A program made the position numbers and the translations under genes. Under the pieces are notes generated by a model that saw only the letters and a list, made by a program, of their open reading frames with translations, was not told the DNA's origin and made no database searches. 64,000 bases of DNA from Vitrella brassicaformis CCMP3155. Its lineage: Eukaryota; Protista; Chromerida. The stretch spans positions 21,253-85,252 of the forward strand of contig CDMY01000408.1 in the NCBI GenBank assembly GCA_001179505.1. Reading direction: 5' to 3'. Of this stretch, positions 37,089-49,418 are shown piece after piece (positions within the stretch are counted from its first letter, which is position 1; each line of letters begins with the position of its first letter).

Positions 37089-37768
37089 CTGACGAATACA
37101 TTGGTTCGCGCGTTGCAGCTGGATGAGAGGTAGGTAGTCGGCGTTTCAGCCTTTCTCTACTGACTTGTTTAGTGATCTGCAGCAACCCAGCCGCAAGAGA
37201 GACCTGCGTGTGTCTGTTTGATACTCTCTGTTTATCTCTCTCTCTCGACCTCTACAGCTGTTTGCCTAGCTAGTGAGTGAGTGGCCCTGTCGGCACTCTG
37301 TCAGGGGTGCACGTCGTATCCTTCAATCAGTTGATTGCATATACGCACCCACCCACGCATGGTCCCGCATTTCGTCTCTCCTGGCTGGCCGTTGTCCACC
37401 CACTCACTCACTCACTCTGCAGGTGCAGCATCCTCTGCATTTTCACAAGGGACGCTCCCTCTCACTAGAAAAGACCGAGCACTATGGGCTGCCCCTCCCG
37501 TCCCAGCTCGGCCCCATCAGTCAGTCCCACTCGGTCATGTGTTGAGCAGCCGCTGGCCGTTCCTCTGCGTGCCGCTCATCGCTGGGGTGTTGTCTGCTGC
37601 CTGGCTCTGCAGGTCGCCCCCCGACAGTGCATGGCGAAAGGCATTTTCTCGCTCGCTGGCTGGTGGCGGCTCTGAGGGCGGGTGTGTGTAGACTAACTGG
37701 TCGCTGTGGCCGCCAAGCAGCTGCTGCTGGGACGGAGGGGTGTCGCCTTCGCGTAGCGTACGCAGCAC

Positions 37769-39891
37769 CTACAGACACGGACAACACAAGAGAGAGAGGG
37801 AGAGAGAGAGAGAGACAAGGGTGAAAGGGAGCCGCTGGGTTCGTTTGTCGCTGACCTGGTCATGTATGCGTCTTCCCTTTGGCGCGGGGAAGGCGGTCAA
37901 GGTGTCCATTCGCTTGATGTGATCCAACACCTCTGCGAAGGACGCTGAGCTGGGGGGCGTGGGGATGGCCGGCGCAGTGGTCATACGATCGACGCTCCTG
38001 TCGCTGTCGGCAATGCGCGGCGGCCGGTGGCCATTGTCCGCGAGCTGGTGGGGCCTGTCGTCGTCATTCCCTCTGATGTCGTGTCGGGATGCGGTGCGGT
38101 GCTGCACGGGGAAGGACGGGAACGCCCATGGCAGAATGCGCGTGTCGTCCTGATCGCACGCATGGACAAGACGACAGATGGCCCCACAACACTCACACAC
38201 AACAGGGTGATTACATGTACTCATGGGTGACTGACCAGGAAGTCGAGGGTGTCGAGGATTTCGTTGAGCTCATCCTGAAGCCTGACGTTGTCGAAACCGA
38301 GCCGGCAGTCGAAGGGATCCTCGAGGGCCTGCTCGACGTTGAACAGTCCAACCATGACGAGAGTGGTCAGCACAGACAGGGCGATGGCAAAGGGGAGATT
38401 GGTGCCCTCACCCTGATTGTTCAGTAGTCAGTCATCCAGACAGATACGTTCAACCAGACAGGTGTGTGCATATGAATGAGTGTGAGCATGTGGCTGCGAT
38501 GCGTACCCCTCCGCTGGTGCCAACCCACACATAATAAGGGCCGTAGAAGCACGGCACAAAGATGAAAGCCACACGCACAAACGACCTGAGGGCCTGTGGC
38601 AGACAGACAGAAACGAAGAGATGACTGACGGGCAGGATGGCTGGCCGTTTATCTGTCCGCAAGCCGACTCACCTGAGGCGTCCTGTACTCCTTTATCTTC
38701 CTCAGCTTCTCGAAGGCTTGATGGAGCAACCAGTGGTACTGAAACACACCACCACACAAGGGAGAGCGATGCATCAATGCACCCGCCATGCACGGGACTG
38801 TGCCAGCCAGCCACCCCACCCATCGATATATCCACCTGATTGAGGCTACCACAGCCGATCGGAAGTGTGCGTGTACACCCCAACACAAACCAGACAGACA
38901 GCACGATGCAAGAAAGCGGCCCGGGGAGAACACATCATCGCAGTCAGTCGTATGTTTATATGCCCTCCAAAACACCCTTCCGTCCTTCCTTCCCTCCTCA
39001 CCGTGCCGCCTCGTTGCCAGGGAGCCCCTCCCTTTTGAGTACTTCCACGGCCAGGGAGAGGTCTTTGATGTGGCACAGCAGCTGCACCAGCAGAGTCCGC
39101 CTCTCCTCCACCACACGCACCTTCATCCGCGCACCGCACCACGTGAACGTATGTTTGGCCTCTACACACACACACACACACACAAAACAAGTGAGAAGAT
39201 GCACTCATTGTCCTGTGTTGTGCTGTGCCGTTTCCGGCTCCCTGACTTCCGATAAGAGGCGTCCGGAGGTAATCGTGTACACCGAGGATGAAGTCATAGA
39301 AGACCTGCCGCACGCCGTCTGCATGGCCTGGAGGGATCTTAGACCGTCCATTCTTGTTCTCATACCAATTCCACTCGCGATGCGCTGCCATTCACACACA
39401 CACACACATGTGTGTAGACTTTTCCATCAGCAGCAGATGGAGCCTGCCTGCCTTTTTACCGAGGAATATGTGAGAGATCAGCGCTTTCATGGTGGCGATG
39501 TGGGCGAGGGCCTCCTCACGGCGCTTGAAGGCTTCGCCGATGCTGGTGGTCAGGGGGAAGACCACGGCGAACGACACGAACGTCCACGAGATGTTTGCCG
39601 ACCATGAGCTCTCGTTCCTCTCATACTCCAGGTAGTAGAGGTATGTAATGACCGCCGACAGCACCGAGTAGAAGATGGAATCCAACGTCACCTGAATGAA
39701 CCAGCCATCCCGTCGTGTGCACGAGGAGATCTTGTGTGTCCGAGTACGTGTCGGTTCAGCCTTACCAGAACGGTGAAAAAGACAGCAAGTGCCGAATAGA
39801 TGTCGGCGGTGAAGGTGAAGACGTGTCCACAGCCGCGAGGGACGCCAATGTCCCGACCCTTCAGCGGGGACAGGGTTGGGTGGATCATCAC
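37769..39891 (-). CDS. Bestrophin-like (YneE/VCCN-type, divergent) anion channel; multi-exon; start uncertain, may extend to about 40075
   Basis: Four hydrophobic helices; AVVFPLTTSIGEAFKRREEAL, EKLRKIKEYRTPQ|ALRSFVRV and GLFNVEQALEDPF align in order with the bestrophin LLVFR..YDRFWEGR, ERILKTP and IE.PF segments. Confidence 0.7.
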
Positions 39892-40291
39892 TTTGGTTGC
39901 TAGCTTCTTCGCTTGTCTGGACAGCGGTTCGTGGTGCGTCTACAGAACTCCCCAACTCCGTTTTCTTCTCTTTGGAGATCTCCCACTCTAAGCTCGCAAA
40001 TGGATCGCGATGGGAAACGAGTCCCTCAGGAATCTGTGGTGCTTCCCCTGGGGCCGTTGGACCATGTATGGCCACATGCAGCTGCCTTGCGTATCGACGG
40101 ATGAATCATCATCTCGGCGGTCGAGTTCGGAGCATGCAGAAGGGGGCTCCGTGGGGGTCCTTGGGGGTCCACTGTCTTCGATTTCCGAGCGACAGCCTGC
40201 TGAGAGCCGAGCACCCTTCGCACCGAAGGTGATTGTGACGTCCTGTAAGGGAAAGACAGATTGGATGCATCTGTGCGTGTGTGCAGTCACG

Positions 40292-40987
40292 ATGGTGGCG
40301 ATGCGGCTTCTTCTTGTGCTCATCTCTTGTCTGGTTGCTGAGCGGGCTGTGTGTGCGGGCAGCGCCGAATCCTTGACCCGCCTGAAACGCCTTCACGAGA
40401 GGAAACGACAAGACGGCATCCCTCAAAAGACAGATGGTGAGACATACACGTTTGTGCTTGCCCTCAGTGACGCTGGGAAACAGCAGACTGAGTCCTCCTG
40501 TCTTGCGGGAATACGTTAACTCATAGCGCAACGTCCTTCTGTCTTCCGTCGGTGTCGTGTGGTGTGCCTGCAGGCGAGCACCTGATCTCCTCTGCTCATC
40601 ACTCGATTATGCAAACAGCCGATGGGATCGAAGGTACGCCAGACACATGTAGCACAAAAGACAGGCAGACGTCATGATTCACCCTTGCACATGCTCGCGT
40701 GTGCAGAGGAGTGCTGGCTGGCCGTTCTGAATGGGGCAAAAAGGAAATTCCAGGATTGCCCGTCGCCCACCAAGGAGGTCTGCATGGTCGACCGCAAAGA
40801 GGACAGCCCGGCCCACCCGAGAGGCGCGCTTTTCAAGTACGTCGGCGTGTGCATCGACGAAGCAAAGACGAAAAAGGAGTGCCAGGGCACTTTGCTACCC
40901 ACAATGAAAGACAGCGCGACAAAAAAGACGATGCGCTACTGCCGATACAAACACGCAGCCCGGTCCCTTGGGAAGCTGTCCGGCTAG
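40292..40987 (+). CDS. Small secreted Cys-containing basic protein (3 coding exons)
   Basis: Signal peptide MVAMRLLLVLISCLVAERAVCA. In-frame splices ...QKTD|GEHL...GIE|EECWLAV...; last exon has 6 Cys and many Lys. Confidence 0.6.
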
Positions 40988-41275
40988 CAGGCATATGGCT
41001 GGCTGGGATGGTGCGGCTGACCACGTGCTGGACAGCTCACTGACAGATACCGGTTGAGACCCGCCTGCCTGCCTGCCTGCCTGCCCGTCTGCTGTAACAC
41101 GACTGACGATCAAGCCTGCCTCAAAATCATGGTTTACTTCTCGGCGTCTTGATCATTCACGAGAATGTCTCACTCTTAGACACATAAATCGGGCAGTCAG
41201 TCTGATTGCATCCATCCCATGCACCGACCGGCGAGCCAGTCGGACCACTGCCCCTTGTTGTCACTGTCCATGACG

Positions 41276-42568
41276 TCATGTCACCCCTGCCATGGGCGTG
41301 ATCTTGACCAGCTCAACGTCGTATATCAACGTCGCATCGGGGGGAATCGCTGATTGCATCATGGATGGATGGATGGACCGACAAAGACACATACACAAGA
41401 CAATCATGAGCTGCTCTATTGCTTGCTTACCTTTCTCTGGGAGTCCCTCACTGCCGAATGCGGCTGAGGGCGGGATGGTGATCCTCCGCTTCTCGCCCTC
41501 ACACATAGAGTAAAGGCCACTTTGGAACTTGCGGATGAGTTTGCGGGGCGGCTTGTCGCCCAGCAGCAGATAGATGGACGACCCCGCCCCCTTTCCCGGC
41601 ACCGACCTGCCGTCCAGTCGGCTGCTGTCGATCAGTTTGCCGTCCTCAAGACGTCCCACGTATCGCAGCTCCAGCAGGTCGCCCCGCTTCGCCTTCAAGC
41701 TGCACACCTGTTGACAGACAAACAGACAGACATGTGGTTGAGAATCACCTCTGCCAGTCGGTGCTGTGTTGCTTGCCTCAGGTATTTTCCTCCTGTCGAT
41801 AATGACCTGTCCCTCTCTCTTGGCCTTGTCGATAGTGTCCGCCACCCCCTGGCTGACCGCATCCCTCTCGCCCCTCCCACCCCCTTCGCCGCGGAAAGCC
41901 AGCCTCAGTGTGCCCTCTCCCTCCTTCTCGCCCATCTCCCGCCGCATCCGTATCAGCGATTTGACGTCACTGAGCCTCAAGCCCTGCACCGACTGACCGT
42001 TGACCGATTCCAGCAGCAGGCCTGGCCTGATGTCGGGGTTGTTGGCGGCCTCGCTGCCCGCAACCAGCTGCTTGACTTTGATGCCCTCGGCCGTCTCTTC
42101 AAGCTCAATGCCCAGCGGGCCAGCCGAGGGTGCCTCGATCTCGATGCGTGTGAACGGAGGGCGGGAGGGGGAGGGGGGAGCGTTGCTGTCACGGGCGGCA
42201 CAGGGGGCGGGGGAGGCCGAAAGGGGCAAGAGGGTAGCTGACAGAGCACCGGCGATGAGTCGTTGGTGCTGCCGCCTTGACAGATCTTCATGGCTGTCGT
42301 GCTGTTGTTGTCCTGATGGATGCCCTCTATCGCCCCGAGCAGCCTCGCAGCCTACTACCACCTGACGCCGTCCTCTCCTTTGCACTGCCGGCCTTCGACA
42401 AAGAAGTGAAGGCAATAAGGAGCGCTCTGCAGGGATAAAGGCTGCCATGTCGTCGTGAACAGGGCCTGAGCGCCTCAGCAACACTCCGGCAGACCCATTC
42501 CTTCCCTCCGAAAACGAGATGAAGAGGCAGATCTTTGTGAAGGTGGATACGGCTGAGAAGCGACTCAT
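41276..42568 (-). CDS. PDZ + FKBP-type peptidyl-prolyl isomerase, probably plastid/thylakoid-lumen targeted
   Basis: PDZ: GPLGIEL, GSEAA, IRPGLLLESVNGQSV. FKBP: AKRGDLLELRYVGRLEDGKLIDSS, MCEGEKRRITIPPSAAFG, AIPPDATLIYDVEL. Leader has a twin-Arg SRR followed by a hydrophobic stretch. Start may be 42448. Confidence 0.85.
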   Translation of the reverse strand: MSRFSAVSTFTKICLFISFSEGRNGSAGVLLRRSGPVHDDMAAFIPAERSLLPSLLCRRPAVQRRGRRQVVVGCEAARGDRGHPSGQQQHDSHEDLSRRQHQRLIAGALSATLLPLSASPAPCAARDSNAPPSPSRPPFTRIEIEAPSAGPLGIELEETAEGIKVKQLVAGSEAANNPDIRPGLLLESVNGQSVQGLRLSDVKSLIRMRREMGEKEGEGTLRLAFRGEGGGRGERDAVSQGVADTIDKAKREGQVIIDRRKIPEASNTAPTGRGDSQPHVCLFVCQQVCSLKAKRGDLLELRYVGRLEDGKLIDSSRLDGRSVPGKGAGSSIYLLLGDKPPRKLIRKFQSGLYSMCEGEKRRITIPPSAAFGSEGLPEKGKQAIEQLMIVLCMCLCRSIHPSMMQSAIPPDATLIYDVELVKITPMAGVT

Positions 42569-42583
42569 CGAGGCAGGCCCGCG

Positions 42584-44223
42584 ATGAATTCCAAGCCTCC
42601 TGGGGAAGAGTCCCTTTGGCTTCAACTTGAAGCTCGCGCGAAGAAGGAAAGCGATGCGATGAGTGATCTGGACGAAGGCAGCCGGGAGAATGTGTCGGCC
42701 AGGCCGGATGAGCCCATCGAGAATGATGCCGACAGTGATGAGGATGCCTATGACGAGCTGAGGCCACGGCAGGCGCTGCCCGTCGCCGAGGGCCAAGATG
42801 GATGCCCTCCGCCGCAGATGGACAGCATCACCGACGACATGACGGCCGAAGAATACCTCAGAGCCGTCAGGTAAAGATACTGCTCGCACTCCGACCCACT
42901 GATGTGGCGCTTCCCTCTTCGTTGCATGTGTTGCTACAGGTGGCAGGCACGGCAGATCCCGAAGGTCATCACCTACACAGGCGCACAGCCGGCTGCCCAT
43001 CGCCCTCCCTTTCCCCGCCCACAACCCAACGGCACGGCAGCAGAGCCCACCACACAGCAAGCGCCCGATGGTGACATTGTTGTGTCAGAGAGTAGGGAGG
43101 GCGCGCCGTCGGGGCTTTCGGGTGCGCTGCGGCATGTGCGAGGCGACCAGGGAGGGGCTGACACCACCACCACCACCAGCGGCACAGCTGCAGAAATGTC
43201 GGCCACTTGGGTAAACGATGTGGTCTTCTACTTCAAGAATCTGCGGCTGGTGAGAGCACCTAGATCTAGATCTCATGTGTGTGTTGTCAGCCTTATGCGA
43301 TTGGATGGGTGGGTGTCATTCATTTATGTGTGCAGCAAGTGCACGGCACTCGCGAGTGCGAGCCGTCTGGTGTGGCGAGGAGCCGTGACGAGTGGATGGC
43401 TGCCTATCCCTCACTGAGCCCTTCCGTCGACACATTGCGGCAAATGGACTCGGTGAGTGAGTGGGCCACCGACACGACACACGGCACACACATTCAGTGT
43501 TCATTCAGGTGGAGACCTGCAAGATGGTAGACGTGTTGGCCGAGGTGATGTCCAAGACGACGGCAGCGGCCATCAGTGTGGACCAGGGCACTGCGGCGCG
43601 ACAGCTGCACGTATGTCGGTGGTTGTTTCTGCTGCTGGTCAACCTGGACGAGCTGCAGGCCCGCGACGAGGGAGTGGCCGCCGACCTGCAGGCCATTCGC
43701 AAACACTGCGACGCCTGGAGGGCTCACCTGGTATGTCTGCACCCCCCCCCCCCCCCCCCNNNNNNNNNNNNNNNNNNNNNNNNNNNNNNNNNNNNNNNNN
43801 NNNNNNNNNNNNNNNNNNNNNNNNNNNNNNNNNNNNNNNNNNNNNNNNNNNNNNNNNNNNNNNNNNNNNNNNNNNNNNNNNNNNNNNNNNNNNNNNNNNN
43901 NNNNNNNNNNNNNNNNNNNNNNNNNNNNNNNNNNNNNNNNNNNNNNNNNNNNNNNNNNNNNNNNNNNNNNNNNNNNNNNNNNNNNNNNNNNNNNNNNNNN
44001 NNNNNNNNNNNNNNNNNNNNNNNNNNNNNNNNNNNNNNNNNNNNNNNNNNNNNNNNNNNCCCCCCCCCCCCCCCCCCCCCAACACACGCACACGGGCCCA
44101 TGTGTCTTGTGTGTACGTCAGTTGTCGACTGGGGTTGGGTCGGTGGGCGAGTCGTGCCGGGAGCTGTTGGCCTCTGTGAGTGTGATCAGTTTGATAGTGG
44201 GGGAGTTCTTTCGGCAGAGATGA
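42584..44223 (+). CDS. GEMIN2: Gemin2/SIP1 (SMN complex subunit), multi-exon; one intron spans a gap
   Basis: RQALPV, TAEEYLRAVR|WQARQIPKV, WVNDVVFYFKNLR, PSVDTLRQMD, RWLFLLLVNLD, ADLQAIRKHC, ISLIVGEFFRQR* follow the Gemin2 motif order. Start may be 42659. Confidence 0.8.
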
Positions 44224-45063
44224 CATACACACATGGAGGACCCATGTGCTGTGCTCGGCCGCGGGTGGGTGGGAGGATGGATGGGTGCATGATATCTTGT
44301 TGCTATTCTTCTGGTGATGTCTTCAAGAGTGACCTGTAACTGATCGTCAGCCAGCTAGATACGTCTTTGATTGTGTTCGCATGAGTCCACTGTCCGTCCA
44401 GGAAGGAGTTTGCAAGACAGACATACCCACACACGAAATTACACGAAGAGAGACATCAACGACACAAAGACGTAGACGGCACCTAAACAGTCGCCTGCCT
44501 CCCCACCCCTACACACGCATTCGATTACGTCCGGACAAAACAGGCGCGCACCATGCACCATGCAGACTCGACGGCGGCACATCGACATAGACAGACAAGA
44601 CACATCGGAGGACAAGACAAGACAGGACACGTTTCGATAGACAGTGACTTCACTGTAGATGGAGGCCTGCTCCCTGCCCATGTATGTATCTGTCCCTAGT
44701 GCTTTCTATTGCCTGCTCGCTATAGACTACTCCCTCCCGCACATCCACGGGCAGCACGCCAAACCTCCCGTCTCGGGCTTGCAGAGGCGAGACTGGCCTC
44801 ACCTCACGGACGGTACCCACGTACTCTTATCAAAACACCGCAGGCGACACAGCACCACACAGACAACAACCAAACAAGCCAGCCAGCCAACACACGCACG
44901 CCATTAATGAGCAGCACTCGTCTGTCTCATCCCCGCCTTAATTCCCTCTCCCTCTCCCACTACTTTGCTAACATCTTCACACACAGAGGCAAGCGCATGA
45001 ACACAAAACGGACCGACGACGCACACAGGGATGCGGCATGAGAGAAGGAGGGAGTCAAGTATG

Positions 45064-46040
45064 TCAGTTGGCTTTGTTTTCCTCCAAGCGGATAGCGAAG
45101 TAGGGCTTATGGTGGTTGGGCAGGGGGACTTCCGTTATGAGACTATCATCCTCAGGCGAGTGGAGGCACTTGGCACGGCTGTAAGTGACAATGTCGAAGC
45201 TGAGCTCTAGTCTCGTCTCCTTCAGGCTGTCGAAGAGTGTTTCGGTTCTTCCCTGGCAAACCGGTCGAACAGAACAAGACAGCCAGCTTCCTTCGCGCGA
45301 GTGCACAGACCTCATACTTACCGGGTTGTCAATGAGCATTCCCAGGAGCTGATCTGTGATCTGCTGCAGGAGCTCGTCGCCGTATTCGGCCATGTCGGCG
45401 TACATGCTTGCGATTTGCCTCTTGACCATGTCCTTGATATACGCGAGAGTGAAGGTCCCGGACCCCCCCATTATGTCGGCCGCAATCGCTGTCGCCGCCA
45501 TATAGTAGTCACCCTCATCGATCTTCTCACCTGCGCACACACGCGCACAGAGAGACAGTCACACAGACAGAGAGAGAGAGAGATCCATTCAATGCGTCCA
45601 TGGCCCGCTCGTTTACTCACCCCAGAAAACGTCGCCACACGGCAGTTCGAAAGGGTCGCTTGCTGCTCCTTTCCCGCACACCGTTCCTCCTGTGACCTCA
45701 TACTCGACGTCTGCGTCTTTTGCCTCCTCGTCTACGCCACAGTCTCTGCAGTACTCGCGCGCCGCGGTGCAGGCAGCCTCAAATTGAAGCTGACCTGTAC
45801 CGACGCTCGCAGAGAGTTCCACGGCCGTGTTCAAGGCCTCCCGAGGGTTCGAGGGCATATCTGGTATGACCTCATCCACAACCTCCCCGGCTCGTTCACC
45901 TGCTTGCTGCACTGGCTCCGTCCACCCACCGCCGTCAAGGCGCTGCCCTCCAACACTGACTCCCTCGCCCCCGAATTGCAGCTGGCGATGCTCCTCGCTA
46001 TCTGAAGCACCTCGCAAGCCAGACGGGGCCTGATGTCATT
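45064..46040 (-). CDS. Hypothetical acidic protein, multi-exon; 5' end uncertain
   Basis: ORFs 45613..46017 and 45064..45540 join through gtgag/cag splice sites (DVFWG|EKIDEGDYY...; DNP|...RTETLFDSLK); no family recognised. Confidence 0.5.
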
Positions 46041-46452
46041 GAGAGAGGAGAGGCACACACACGTCAGAATGCACAGATGAGATGAACAACCATCGCACAA
46101 TCGCATACCGATGACACAGCCGATATGGCCAGGGCGAGATAGGTCAACACAATCAGCTTCGACATGGGATGGCCGGTCTGATCAAACTAACACTCGTCAA
46201 GCAAAGATGGAGCCGACGGGATGGATGCAGGGCGAGCGGAGGGATATGCTGAAAGTGGGCAGGAGACAAGAGAGCCGCTGCTGTCTTCTATCTCCTCTCT
46301 TTCCCTCTCCTCTCCCCCTCCTCCTTCTGCAAGCTCAGGGCCAGGCTCGCAGACGGCTCGCAACCGCAAAGATCAGAGCAGTTGACGCTGCTGCGCTTCT
46401 CACAACGATTAGATGAGATGAGGCCAAGGGAGAAGGGCGAAGATCTGCGGAT

Positions 46453-49418
46453 ATGAAAATGTTCATCTGCTCATGCATCATCATGATTACCCTGCCTTTC
46501 ATCGCCGAGGCCGCTGCTTTCCAACCGAGCGGCCTCGACGTGCTCTTCCCATTTCCAATCCAGAGGAACCGCCATTTCCTCCCCGCAACTCGCCTCGCGC
46601 AGACGGCTGTCGAGCCCCTGCCCTTGCCGGCGAGCGGCGACGTGACTGTGGAGCTGCCAAGGCCACTCAACCTTCCCACCAGAGTCATGCGCGCACTCAA
46701 GTAACCAACACATCAGATCTGCAATGGCGGGCTGACTGGCTCACAAGCGCACACTGTGCGTGCGTGTCTGAGCCGTCCGTTCGATGTGTGTAGTGTATTG
46801 TGTGGGTGTGTGCGTTGTGGTCAGGTTCTGGGGATCTGCCTTGCCAATCCTGGGACGCTACAAGCTGCTGGAGGCGTGGCTGACGATTGAGCGTGACGTG
46901 CTGGAGAAGACACACGACGATGATGTGGTAAGTCAGCCTGTGACTGTACTTGACAGACTTGGATTGCGAGACTTGGATTCGCGCAGGTCAACGAGCTGTG
47001 GACTGAGCTGCATGAGTGGGGGTCTGAAAGGCTGCTGCAGGCCATACAGGATCTGAAAGGGTGAGAAGACGACCCCCAGTGAGGTCTGATTGCTCGACGG
47101 CACTCTCTGCTGGTGTGTGGCTGCACGTTGTGCCGATTGGTGCAGCTTCTACGTCAAGACGGGTCAGGTCATCAGCACGCGAGTTGACCTCTTTCCAGAG
47201 CAATACACAAGTCAGTCAGAAACGCTTGTGGCGTCGCACCAGCACCATGGCATCACTCCTCCTTCTGTGTCTGTATGTGTGTGTAGGCAAGCTGAGTTCT
47301 CTGCAGGACTCGTTAGACCCGATGCCCTTCAGCCTCGTGCAGAAGATCGTTGAAACCGAGCTGCTGCAAGGGCAAAATATATCGGTCCTTTTCTCGGAAT
47401 TCGACCCTGAGCCGCTCGGCAGCGCCTCCATTGGACAGGCACAATAGACCAGCTCGTCGCTCTATTTGGCTCTCGCTGCATGTCGGTTTGTTGTGTGCCT
47501 TTCAGGTGCATCGAGCCAAGCTTTTGGACGGCCGAGAAGTGGTAAGGTACACAGACCATCCCCTCGCACCCATCCATCCATCCTTTCGTGTCATGTGTGC
47601 ATCTTCAGGCCGTCAAGGTGCAGCGGCCAGCGATCGAGGCCAAGCTCCTCGGTGACATCGCCAACCTGCAGGCATTCGCACTCAGGCTGCGCAGCGTCTT
47701 GCCTGTGGACTACTATACCAGTACATCATCCAAGACCCACATCTCGCAAACGTACGTACGTCTCTCTGTGTATCAATGCAGTTTTCAAAGAGCTAGAGGC
47801 CGTGTTGCTCAACGAGCTAGATTTCCTCTGCGAAGCGCAGGCGATGGAAAAGGTTGCTGCCGCCATCTCACATACGCCCGACAACCGCCTGGCGCCCCCG
47901 CCGCTCATCGTGCCGCTGCCGCTCCCCGGCCTGGTGTCCAAGCGCGTGCTGGTGAGCAAACAGGGAGACGGCAGGGTGGAGATCATCCTTCCTTCCATGC
48001 CTGCATGCGTGCGTGTATGTCAGATAATGGATTATATCGACGGGAAGCCACTCAGCCGGCTGCGTGACGAGATGAACAAGCAGGGGATACTCCCTGGCAG
48101 CCCTGAGGCCAAGTTCGCCGCTCAGCGGCTCCTGACGTCTCTCACAGAGGCCTTCGCCCGCATGATATTCGGCCCTGGCTTTATCCACGGTGATCCACAT
48201 CCGGGGAATATCTTCGTCCTTGACAACGGGCAAACCGCCCTCATCGATTGTGGACAGGTCAAGCAGCTGACATTCGATCAGCAACGCCGGCTCGCTGAGC
48301 TCATCATTCTTGTCAGCGAATGGGAGAACATCTATGTCGAACGGACGGCGGCCGAGAGGGCCTTGGAGCAGGCCACAGAGGACACTGATCGGTCTGCAAG
48401 GGAGGGACTGCTGGCCAACGTGACGGCGAGGCTCCAGGCAAAAGTTGCAGAGATGAATGCGGCGGTGAGGGGCTTTGGGGTGGAGCTCTTCGATGGCACG
48501 CCTGAAGAGGCGATGGCTGCGTGTGCTGTGGTGCTCTTCGGCAACTCACGGAACGACACCGTGCTCCCCGGAGGCTTCTCGGGTCTCGAACTCGCACCAG
48601 GTGAGAGACGAGACGAGGCGAGAGACGAGATGAGTGAAGGCCCGGCTCATTGTCCTTTGGTGACATACATGGCTGTCTGTGTGCAGACTCGCCCATCCGT
48701 CGGGTCCGATCGTTTCCTCAGGAGCTGGTGCTCCTCGGAAGGGCAACGGTCAGTCAGTGACGCACACAGACAGAAATACATGTCCCCTGTTCACACACCT
48801 CCCCTGATCTGCTGTGTGTGTGTGTGTGTGTGTGCAGGTGTTGATAAAGGGCATAGCGTCTCGTGTGGGCGTCCCCTGGTCCCTCTGCCAGGCCTGGGCC
48901 CCGCTGGCGAGACAGAGCCTCGCCCTCCTGTCCACCCACCCCACAACTGGCAGCAGGCTGCCCTGCTGGGCCGCTGACCCGGTGACATCTAGCGACATCA
49001 TCAAACTGCCACGGTCCGGCGTGGCGGCCGCCACTGGTGAGAAGGAATGCCTTCTGTGCCACGTGCGATCCATCCAATGCCTGATTGCGTCCGTGTTTGT
49101 TTTGTGGGGCATGCAGCTGTCAAGGCGGCCGGGCTGATAAGAAGGCGGGCCCAGTCCGGCGACCGGCCACGGTTCTCAGAGGTGGCCATGTGTCTGGGGG
49201 CGTCCCTCGTGCTGCTGCGCTTATGGTTTGTGCGGAAGCTGGTCGACACAGTGGCGATACTGGTGCCTCAGCCACTGAAGAGGCGACTCAGGAGGGCGGT
49301 CCTGAGGGTGGCCGCACGGCTGCAGGGACACAGAGGAGAGAAGCGGCAAGATGACGAGAGTGCAAGTCCGAGTGCGAGTGCTCGTGGTAGTGATGCGGCT
49401 GAAGAGTCAGCTGCGTGA
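46453..49418 (+). CDS. ABC1K: ABC1/UbiB (ADCK/ABC1K) atypical kinase, plastid-targeted; multi-exon
   Basis: FYVKTGQVISTRVDLFP, LSSLQD, FDPEPLGSASIGQ|VHRA, AVKVQRP, NELDF, IMDYIDG, FIHGDPHPGN, LIDCG; leader MKMFICSCIIMITLPFIAEAAA-FQP. Confidence 0.93.
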
